Source: Macrostomum lignano
Taxonomy: Eukaryota
Direction of reading: 5' to 3'
Assembly: GCA_002269645.1 (NCBI GenBank)
Contig: NIVC01000691.1
Span: 366,216 to 430,215 of the forward strand
DNA length: 64,000 nucleotides
Position 1 is the first letter of the stretch. The number at the start of each line of letters is the position of its first letter. Made by a program: the position numbers and the translations under genes. The notes beneath the pieces were generated by a model. The model did not search any database. It was not told the DNA's origin and saw nothing but the letters and a program-made list of their open reading frames with translations. Below, piece after piece: positions 1 to 9,884 of the stretch.

Positions 1-612
1 AAAATAGTTCTTGGCCTTGAGGTCCATTTTCAAAATGCTAGGGTGCCTCAAACGAAGGATTTTAATTGCTCCGACTTTCGAGCGACATACCATAGATACG
101 GTCCTAAATACCGCATCGAAGACCAGAGGCAAACATCAGGTTATTTCGGATATCCCAAAGAAGGCTTCAACTTCGTCGTCTGCCAACTTCGACCGATGCT
201 CTGGCCAAGCCTCCATGATTACAGTTTGCAACCTCTCGCTAAGTTGCATTTTCTGTCGCAGCCTTTATAACCTGCAAGATTTCTCGATCACCACTAAAGC
301 AGCATTCCACTGAAAAATCTTGGCCGTGAAGCGCAGCCTCAAGCTGAATAGTGAGAAGATCAGCTGCACCGTGAGCTCGACTTAAAGTGTCGGCTACGTA
401 AAGGTCTTAGTCGGGCGTGTACTTCACGTGGATGTCATACGAGCGTAAGGTTGCAACTGAAGCAAGGAGTCGCTGAATTCGAGGAGTAGTGTCACGCAAA
501 GCCTTCTTACAGATCGATTCGTGGCTTGTGGTCGCTTTGCACTTGCGCCGTACGACCCCAGATATAACGATGGAGCCTTTTGGCAATCATTGGCCAAAGG
601 AGCTCAACTTTA
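1..612 (-). mobile_element. Degenerate Ty3/Gypsy pol remnant (RNase H C-terminal half running into the integrase zinc-finger region), cut by the window edge
   Basis: Hand translation of the minus strand across frameshifts gives ELL..KRLHRYIWGRTAQVQSDHKP, ESICKKALRDTTPRIQRLL, YDIHVKYTP.KDLYVADTLSRA and LQTVIMEAWP. These match the Gypsy RNase H motifs TDHKPL and Y.PGK..ADALSR. Stops and frameshifts are present. Confidence 0.75.
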
Positions 613-2352
613 GGAATCTAATTTAAGAGTCAACTTCAAAAAGATACTTAACGCAGCTTCTTTTTGAATTTGACAATAGAAACGTGATAGAATTAGCAAT
701 GTCTCCATTCGTTCAGATTTAAAACAATAATACTTTACTGTGTGACGATATGATAAATTGTTACTATCCCGAAGAATATCTGATTCTTCCATCATTCGTC
801 CTATATCGTTTCAAGTTCCAAAAAGTGGTCGTATATTTTAGGTAGCTAATTACGAATTATTTATTAGCTCAACAACTAGAGCATGAAAATAGAGCTCTAT
901 AGATTCTATACGAATCAGATATACTGCAGTGATATGTTATTATTGAACACCTTTCCGATGCTCTGTTTATTGGTATACATATAGCCAGGGCTGTGTGTCT
1001 GCGGGCCCCCTCTGTAATCACCTGGGGTGGAGCGTGGGCCTTGGCAGCAAAAAACTATAGGATATGGCAAAGTTGTAGCCATACGGCAAAGAGAATATTT
1101 TAGATCTAACTAAATAGCGTACTCCTACATTTCAACACCGCATTTCGATAACGCGAGCCCGCCATTTACGATAGGTTTGGCGATGAACGACGAACTGCAT
1201 GCAGCTTGGTTTATTTTACCTCACGTGCGGACATGTAATTTGTTTGTTGGTACATATTTACAATAAACTCATGTTTTATCTGGAGCTATATCTGGTAACT
1301 TGTTTCTATGAATAAAATCAATGCCAGAGTGAATTCAACTCGAATACAGAGCGGACAATGTTATTTACCAATAGAGATTGGCGGCTGAAAAAATTCAAGA
1401 AGTCAAATAAAATTTTAAGTCGGCATAAAGTACTAGATCAGAAATGACAGTATAAAAATTAAAAAAAGACAAAAAAGCATGATACATGTAGATCAGTCTA
1501 AAAGGTTTAAATAGAGTCCGAGCACAGGCAGAATGAAGCATTTAACAAGATTTCTAAATCTAGTTTTCTGAAAGATATTTTCGTCAAATTTTATAGATCA
1601 AATCAAAAGACAGCAACGTCAAAGCAGTACAAAGCAATATTCGTCCGCTCACAATGGAAAGTATGTCATACGCTCGTAGATAGCAGCTCAATTAATTACA
1701 GAAAAAGCTAAGGAAAAAGTAAGCAGTTAAGCAGTTAAAATGGAGCAATAAAAATCATCCTTTGATCACTTGTTCCACGTTTCAGTTAAAAAAGGTTGAG
1801 GTAACCTACAAATCGTATATCACTTGAAAAGGCACAGGACTTGGCCAAGGCCCCTACTGGACAACAATGGAATGCTTAGTTAAACCAGATAATTGTCAGT
1901 TTGAGTAAAATTTCGGTGAAACTTGATTCAGCACAATAAAAGCAGTAGAATTTGCATCTTCCCTATCAACGCACGCTAGAAACTGTACGTCAGAATTAGA
2001 TCCTTGGCCGCTGCATTTCAAATAGTCTAAACTAAGACCTAGAGTCGAAAGCTGAAAAGTAACGCTATCGTTACAATAGTCTGTACATTATATGCCGTTT
2101 CTCGCATGCTCCAGAGGCAGAGAAGCACATTCGACAAAACTCTAAGCTTCTGGCTACACCTGATTTATTAAGAATGAGTCCCAAATCCATAAAACTCCCC
2201 CCATAAAATTTCTACAACCAATCCTGATTGGTACGTAACATCGGCTACTTTTCAGCAGTACAAAAAAACAAAATTATTCGAAGCGATTCTACGCTCGTAC
2301 ACTACGAAAACTACGCCAGTTGGTCCGTACGCGATAAGAACTCGTTTCGTTC

Positions 2353-3783
2353 TCATCTCGGATCCAGGGAGAAGACAACCGCAGCATTCTTCAGCTGTTG
2401 CAGGGTCCTCACCAGAGCAGTCGTCCAGTAACACTCGTCGTACTCAATCCCGAGTCGAGCGCACACAGCCTTCACGTGTTTGCTCGCTTCCCTGAACCGA
2501 TGTCTTGGCATCAGCGGAAACAGGTGGTGCTCAATGTGAAAATTCAGCCCGCCATGAAACCAGTCCATCCACACGGGGTTCTTTATGTTGATGTTGCACT
2601 CAACCTGCATTCGGTACCAGTTGGTCTCCTCGCAGACTTCTTTGCGCTCGTAGAAAGGCTTACAGTAGTGACTCACTAATAGCTGGACATGAAGAATTCC
2701 TTCTAGCATTGACGCCAAAGAGTAAGTTACAAAAACTTGAGTCCATGTTGGAAGTTGGCACAAGAGAACGCTCACCCAGATAATGTGCAAAATCAAAGCC
2801 AGCCATATAATGAGCCGCTTTTCACTCTTGAATGCAGTGATGATTATAGCAGTTCGACCAAGTATTATGCAGGCAGGAAGGAACGTCCAATGCTGGATTT
2901 TTATCAGCTTATGCTGCAGTTTCATTGTGAAGAATGGGAACAACTTTTTGTTTTGCGCCCACGATTCCTCTTTCATCTGAGGGTCGAAAAACCCATTCTC
3001 ATAGTCGACCGTATTGGTGAGTGCGTGGTGGACGTAGTGCTCTTCCTGCCACCAGAAGCTGTTGACGCCCACACCGAGCGTTCCACACGCGAGGCCGATC
3101 CAGTTGTCAATCTTGCGCTCGTGGAAGCCTTGGCTGTGCATGAAGTCGTGCATGAAGAATCCGCATTGCTGCCAAAACAGAGCGAGGCTGCAGCTGGCCA
3201 GACAGTGCCAGTACCAAGAGCTGCAGCCCACAACCAGAAACAACGTGAGAGCCAACAAAGAGGCTGCAAACGCCATCTTGCCGGCATACCACACTGCACT
3301 GGTTTGAAAGAAGCCCTGCTTGATGAAGAACTGGTGCAGCTCTGCGAACGCCTCAGCGGCAGGGTCGTCTTCGCTCAGTCTGTAGGTGGCTACAGGCCGC
3401 ATGTGTTTGAGCACATCCTTGGTATGCAGCCCTTTGAACACGGGAGTAGCGTCTTTGCCAACAAACTGAGCAATCACAGAGCCGCCTGGGTGGTGCGGGA
3501 TGAATTTGGAAATGTCGTACCATCCACCGTTGATTCCGATGAGCTTGGCAGTCGGATGGGAACTCATGTAAGCCTTGTACGCTTCGGTCCTCGTTAGTGC
3601 ATCTGCTGGGATCTTCAGTGCAGGGTTGCTTCGACGAATGCAGCTGAACCCATTTCGCGAGGAGTCTTCTTCCGTTTCTGCATCTTGTACAGCCTCTCGA
3701 AGCTCAATAGTAGTGGTTGAGTTGGTCGCAACGCGGGTGCTGCATTCTGAAGATTGATGCTTACCTAGGCGATGACTTACCAT
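2353..3783 (-). CDS. Cytochrome b5-fused front-end (delta-5/6/8-like) fatty acid or sphingolipid desaturase, single exon, 476 aa
   Basis: The ORF has the b5 heme motif HPGG and GKDAT..F..H. Histidine boxes are HDFMH (in FWQQCGFFMHDFMH), HYVHH (in WWQEEHYVHH) and HIEHH (in DWFHGGLNFHIEHHLFP), with hydrophobic TM segments between them. The start is uncertain: the ATG at 3783 is followed by a GTAAGT donor-like sequence, and Met73 is an alternative start. Confidence 0.92.
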   Translation of the reverse strand: MVSHRLGKHQSSECSTRVATNSTTTIELREAVQDAETEEDSSRNGFSCIRRSNPALKIPADALTRTEAYKAYMSSHPTAKLIGINGGWYDISKFIPHHPGGSVIAQFVGKDATPVFKGLHTKDVLKHMRPVATYRLSEDDPAAEAFAELHQFFIKQGFFQTSAVWYAGKMAFAASLLALTLFLVVGCSSWYWHCLASCSLALFWQQCGFFMHDFMHSQGFHERKIDNWIGLACGTLGVGVNSFWWQEEHYVHHALTNTVDYENGFFDPQMKEESWAQNKKLFPFFTMKLQHKLIKIQHWTFLPACIILGRTAIIITAFKSEKRLIIWLALILHIIWVSVLLCQLPTWTQVFVTYSLASMLEGILHVQLLVSHYCKPFYERKEVCEETNWYRMQVECNINIKNPVWMDWFHGGLNFHIEHHLFPLMPRHRFREASKHVKAVCARLGIEYDECYWTTALVRTLQQLKNAAVVFSLDPR

Positions 3784-4614
3784 GCTTCTCGTGTTACTGC
3801 CGATTTAGGAATTTTTCTTTAGCTTGTTACGTCTAAAATTGGTGTGAATAATTATTTTAAATTCATTTTCTAATCCTTGAGAAGAGTCGACTTTTAATGC
3901 CGTTTTATTCAAAACACAATGTGTGTTTCGTTGCAGTGAGAAAATGTTAATGCTTGTTATAATGCTGGTACGGGCGTATCTTGTGTAAACAATAGCTATA
4001 GAATCGTTTGACTTTATTAAAGCTTTCCTTTATCGCCTGCTAGATTTGACAAGATTGACTGTCTGTGATATATAAAGAATTTTGAGCGAGAATTAACATG
4101 TAGGTGGACTTTTTGGCCACATTTTACGAACATGTAGCTGCTAGCTTGCGAATGACTGACTAATGACTGTTACACACAGTGGGTAGTAATCAATTTGGCT
4201 CGCATTCGCCTCAAGGTTTTTTTGCAGAATATGTAAAAATGATTTCATTATGATATGCACCTACAATGGCTACATTATAAATGTACATTGTTATTATTTG
4301 TTTTGGCTGTCTGTAGCAGCGGAGATTAAGTATTGTATTAAGTATTAAACTAAACTGAGCATTGAATTGTCAAGTTAGATTTGCTATCTCGCCAGCATTA
4401 GGCTTGTGGAGCCCATGTATGTAGAAGTCAAACAAGGTGACAAACTGTAGATTGTTATTGTATTGTATTGTAATGTTATTGTATTCTCCGTTCAAGTTTC
4501 GCGATAATATTGAATATTACCGAATAAAGCACTGGATAAATAATGTCTTGGAAATCGTCCTATATTTTAATCTATTCAATATTATCAAGGGTCGGAAAAC
4601 TCCGTCCCGCGGGC

Positions 4615-4694
4615 CACGTCTCCCCTATCCTCTTTCCTTTCTCTTCTTTCCCCTCTCTCCTTCCCCTCCTCTTCCCTCTTCTCTCATCTTATCT

Positions 4695-4731
<37 letters not shown>

Positions 4732-4815
4732 TCCCACTCTCTCTTCTCTCATCCCATCTCTCGCCTCTCCTCTCTTGTCTCATTTCTCATCGTCTATTCT
4801 CTCTCCTCTCCACTT
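4615..4815. repeat. CT-rich polypyrimidine low-complexity tract with a (CT)n core
   Basis: Almost purely C/T on the + strand, with a (CT)n run at ~4696-4726. Confidence 0.9.
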
Positions 4816-6289
4816 TTACATGTAGCTGGTTATGATGTAAAAAAAATTGCCGACGCCTGTTCTACATAAAAGCGTCTGACGAGTTCCAAGCTATTATTAT
4901 CTTAATTCACTATTTAATTCAGTGTAGTATCCTAGTATCCCCAGCAATTCGTATCTCTACATACACAAATGTAATAAAAGCAACACTTACCTATGAGCAA
5001 AGGAAAGCTTTAGCTGACGAATGGTACGCAAGGTTAATAGAATTTACTGTTTTTTCGGATATTTGAGCTGAGTTTGCAAGAGCTACCTAACTATGTATGC
5101 AACTAACCTTTGCAGTGGGTGTGTGGCCTTGCAATAACCTGAAAGAGTGGCTGTTGCTGCACATCCACTATACTAAAATTCTACCTAAATACCCAACAGC
5201 TCAGATGCTATGCTTCATTCATTAGAGAGCAAGGGGTAGAGAGTAAAAATTCTCTGCCCCAAACCATGGCAACCACACCCCGAAACAATGGCATTGGATG
5301 CTGTATTCGTGCGCAGAAGTCCGCAGAATGAAAATGAACGCACTTTTTCAACCCTCAAGCCTGAGCAGAGTACAGTGCAGTTCTCTCTGCTTCTCCCAGC
5401 CGCCTTGGGCGGATGCAGCGATCATGCTTGAGTGAATGAAAAGGAAAAAGGTTGACTGGCCCACCGCTGCCCCCATTCTTCAGTGTGTGCGCACCCATGC
5501 ACTCAGAGGCTCTAGAACTTGTGTCCTAGGCAACGACGAGAGATGAGGAATATGCAAATAGGGAAACACTCTGGTGCAGTAATGCTTATTATATGAAGTG
5601 GCAGGCCTCTCAATTTAATAAGCTAGTTCGTACTTTACACTACATGCACTGACCTGACTTTCACCGCCGTGTCAGTTCTTACATCAGAATCCTGCCATTA
5701 AGTACATTATAGGAAGGGCGAGTCGCTTGTCTACCTCAGTTTCCCTCAGGGCCCCAGACCCAACTAGTATAGGCTGTCTGGCAGGCAAACTCATTATAGG
5801 AAGATAGGTGCCGATATTCTCCAGGGGAACTTTGGGCATGATTCCGGCAGACTGATCAAGGGTCGGTCTTGATATATGCATCCGCAAAATGTATGCATTT
5901 TAATACATGTTGCAAACAGGTAGTAGCTGGACAAACGGTTGAGCTACCTAAGCTACGTAAAAGCCTTAAGGTTTATTTAATGCAGAAAGAGAATTACAGA
6001 GAAATAGGTAGTAGCTATTCGAAAAATACAGTATACTCGTAGACTATACGCATGCAATGGCGGCGGGGGTGGATGTTTAGTATGCATCTCACAAGAAGGC
6101 ATATACTTAAAGAATATTATTGCGGTCACCCCCTTGGAGGGACGGGAGAGTGCAGGTCACTTGGAGGCCGCAGCCCCCCACCCCCTGCGCCGCTACTGGC
6201 TACTCAGCAGCAACCTAAGCCCCCCCCCTCCCTCTCAACTGACACTGTCACGCGGCACAAAAGTTGAGCAATGTCTTTAATGCTTGTTT

Positions 6290-6600
6290 CAGTATCACCG
6301 TGAGTAGGAACCACGAGCATGCAAAATTGTAAGTGTTGTCACTCGTCGTAGCATCCTGATCACCAGCCAGTTGGTTAACTCTTGGGGCAGCTGCTGCCAG
6401 GCATTCAGAACCGACTGTCGCAACCTGTTCAGCATTCTGCAGGCACCCTTGCCAACTCTTTGCTTCACGAAGTCCCAGACAGGCTCGATAGGATTCATGC
6501 CTAGAGCGGCCAGTTCCAATGTGCGAATTGCGTTGCGCAACCCCCCTCCCACTTTCCTTATGACGCACTGCGCTGGCGTCTGAATTTCTGAATCACAGAT
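6290..6600 (-). mobile_element. Tc1/mariner transposase C-terminal remnant
   Basis: Minus-strand ORF segment IRTLELAALGMNPIEPVWDFVKQRV...RLRQSVLNAWQQLPQELTNWLVIRMLRRV...ARGSYSR matches the Tc1 pattern LxWPxxSPDLNPIEHxWDxLKRxV...EWxxIPQExIxxLxxSMPRR...ARGGxTRY. No TIRs were recognised. Confidence 0.75.
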
Positions 6601-6879
6601 AGTATGCAAAACTTTTGGGTCGTGTTGTGAGTGTACCGCAGGTACTGGAATACTGTACCTAGATACATCCAAGCCCTCGCAATTAAAGCTGTGAAAAAAG
6701 TAAAGCGTCTACTTTTTTAAACTAGTTTGTTCGCGCGGTGTCGCTGAAATTTTTGTGGCAGCTAAAATTTTTCCTTCGGGGTTTGCGGCCCCAAGAATAC
6801 GTGGGGTCAAGAATGAACAACAAGTATTTAACTTTTATGTACATGTACTGAAAGTGAACGCAAGACTGGAAACTCAACC

Positions 6880-7690
6880 TAGAGGGCAGGCATAATCTAG
6901 CTCAGCCAATGAGAGAGCAGTAAAGAGATGAGGTCAAACCGTCAAAGCCAGGCGGACGAAGCAGTCTAGGGCAGGCCCAATCTAGCTCAGCCAATGAGAG
7001 AGCAGTAAAGAGATGAGGTCAAACCGTCAAAGCCAGGCGGACGAAGCAGTCTAGGGCAGGCCCAATCTAACTCAGCCAATGAGAGAGCAGTAAAGAGATG
7101 AGGTCAAACCGTCAAAGCCAGGCGGACGAAGCAGTCTAGGGCAGGCATAATCTAGCTCAGCTAATGAGAGAGCAGTAAGGAGAAGAGGTCAAACCGTCAA
7201 AGCCAGAAGGACGAAGCAGTCTAGGGCAGGCATAATCTAGCTCAGCCAATGAGAGAGCAGTAAAGAGATGAGGTCAAACCGTCAAAGCCAGGCGGACGAA
7301 GCAGTCTAGGGCAGGCATAATCTAGCTCAGCCAATGAGAGAGCAGTAAAGAGATGAGGTCAAACCGTCAAAGCCAGGCGGACGAAGCAGTCTAGGGCAGG
7401 CCCAATCTAGCTCAGCCAATGAGAGAGCAGTAAAGAGATGAGGTCAAACCGTCAAAGCCAGGCGGACGAAGCAGTCTAGGGCAGGCCCAATCTAGCTCAG
7501 CCAATGAGAGAGCAGTAAAGAGATGAGGTCAAACCGTCAAAGCCAGGCGGACGAAGCAGTCTAGGGCAGGCATAATCTAGCTCAGCCAATGAGAGAGCAG
7601 TAAAGAGATGAGGTCAAACCGTCAAAGCCAGACGGACGAAGCAGTCTAGGGCAAGCCCAATCTAGCTCAGCCAATGAGAGAGCAGTAAGG
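6880..7690. repeat. 85-bp tandem repeat, ~9.5 near-identical copies
   Basis: CTCAGCCAAT recurs at 6901, 6986, 7071, 7156, 7241, 7326, 7411, 7496, 7581 and 7666 (period 85). Unit: CTAGGGCAGG(CCCAA/CATAA)TCTAGCTCAGCCAATGAGAGAGCAGTAAAGAGATGAGGTCAAACCGTCAAAGCCAGGCGGACGAAGCAGT. Confidence 0.97.
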
Positions 7691-8989
7691 AAAAACGTCG
7701 AAGTAAAACTGCCAAACAGGCAAACTGTTTATCGGCCTTAGCTGGGGCGCTACCCCTTTTTTCTCTTGCCCGCTATGCACACGAACTGGATTGCTTTTTC
7801 CAAGTTTCCTACATGAAACAATTGGTCTTTATTCCATAAATAGTAAATACTGAACATATCGAGCCTGAGGCAGTTTGGAGTCAGTAAGACAGGACGGATA
7901 TGCTAATTTAAACGTGTTTCCTCGTAGAAAGCCAGAGGCGATTTTTGCAGTTTCAAAAACTAAATATCTAAAGGCAAAAACGCAAATTTGACATACTGAC
8001 ATAATGAAACCATATAACACTGCGTAGTGCGTACTGGTCTTTGTTGCTGAAAGGTGAAAATAATCAAAAAATTATTAATTATAAGCAATTAGGTTTAAAC
8101 TACACGACAGTATTATTCATAATTTAATTAATTTAGGTGATAATAATTTTCAGCCTGCTTACGAGTACTATCAAGGTTTACAATTCTATTTATTTCAAGA
8201 TAACATAGGTTTGTCATGTCAAAGAGTTTCAATAATGTTTCGAATATTATAATTGTGGGGCAAGACAGCTAAAATACGAAGCAAACGAGGCGTGTAATAC
8301 ACTATCATCAAATCAGTGGCTACAAATCCACAGTAAAAATAGAGCTAGGCTTCAAGTATGAATAAAAAACTCAACAAGAATTGCTCAGTAGTCGTCGCCT
8401 TGAGAACTAAACGGCAGAGAGTACAATGACATGATGACGCTATGCTTACTCTGACTAACACACGCATCTGTTTGTCGGAGAAGCGTATCGGACAAAACTG
8501 ATTTTACGATAGGAGTGCGACTTGGGCAGAAAAATGCAGCATTGCATCCAAGAAGCCTAGATAATGGTACAGGTGGAGTGTCTATAAAGCTATGCAAAGA
8601 ACTGGCTCTGCGTCTTTTGCGCTATAATTATATTTTATCGCTGACCATTTAACAAGCGAGCGCACATAACTTAGCTTAGTTATTTAGACCAAGAAGATTG
8701 AAACCTGAACTATTAATGTCAATTACTAATCAGCCTATAATTTTCTGCGGGATTAAAAAAATATCGAAATTTTTATCATCAAAATTCCTGATGCAGCTGC
8801 AGGCCAACAATCAGCAAGAAGTAAGGCAAAAATCGATCCTTTTTAATCATGCGGATATCGCAACGCAAAATTTACACAACAACGTCTACAGTATTTGAGA
8901 GTATAAATTACTAGTTTAGCTAATCTGTAGAAGATTAAACATGCCTTTGAGGGACTTTAGAAAATAGCTCCCGAAAAAGCCATGTTTAA

Positions 8990-9250
8990 TCTCGAAGCCG
9001 AATAAAATCTCTGAAATGGAAATTACAAACGCTTTCAGATTGATTGCTACTTTAGCTCAATACGGATATAGGATCAGGCACACACTCACACAGGAGTGTA
9101 CAGCGGCCCTAACGTTATTTATTGTTAGGCATGTACACTTCACTGTGCCTTGGGGGGGGGGGGGTTGTCCTCAACGGCGGACATGGAATCGAGCCTGGGC
9201 CGCTGGCACATAAGAGCGCCGCGCTAGACCACTAGGCTACGGCACCCGCC
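8990..9250 (-). mobile_element. tRNA-derived SINE-like element
   Basis: The minus strand has an A-box-like TAGCCTAGTGG and a B-box-like GGCTCGATTCC, followed by a poly-C run and a body containing GTGTGAGTGTGTGCC. It does not fold into a proper cloverleaf. The 3' boundary is approximate. Confidence 0.55.
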
Positions 9251-9884
9251 GGAAATAGGATTCTCTACTTGGTTTAAAGCGAACTCAGTGAGATTAGAAG
9301 AAGCTAGGGCAAGGGTAAGATTGAAATATTAAAAGAGTCACTTATTCGGCCAAAGAGCAGATATCATGAGTTAAAGATGAGTTCTGTAGCCAGTTGATTG
9401 GCAAATATTTATAACATTTTCTAAATAACAGGTCTAGGTCGCGGTAATAGTTCAGCATGAGCACTATAATATAGCTAAGCTATATATGACAGACTAAACT
9501 ACTAAAGTGAACAGTACAAATCACATCAAAACTAACAATCTAGACCTAAAGGAAGAAGAAAACTTCAGTTTTCTTAAAGCTAAATTTTTCGTAAGATATA
9601 ATTGTAACAATTAGGGTACGCGGGAAAGCTGTTTTGATACAAATTAACTACTCGTAATAATTCATGATAAAAAATATAAGAGACAAATACTGTGAGCGCA
9701 TGATAATGCCGTTTGCATTGAGCAAATACAGGCAGGTTTGCGCTGTAAAATTGATTACTCAGAATACCAGGACACAAAACTAAATGGTGAAACAATTTCT
9801 AATGTAATCGGATAGCCTGAGAACATTTAAGTTCGTCCACAGTTTTCACTATATCCACGTGTTCACCTCAATGATTGAAAGCCT

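Noticed and set aside
2398-3757. Overlapping antisense ORFs on the desaturase (e.g. 286 aa at 2737-3597), on ACADM (20151-20947) and on Gypsy pol
   Set aside because: These are typical shadow ORFs of GC3-rich coding sequence with no recognisable motifs.
6880-7690. CRISPR-like array (also considered for the 81-bp array at 11283-11790)
   Set aside because: The units are identical along their full length with no unique spacers, there are no cas genes, and the context is eukaryotic.
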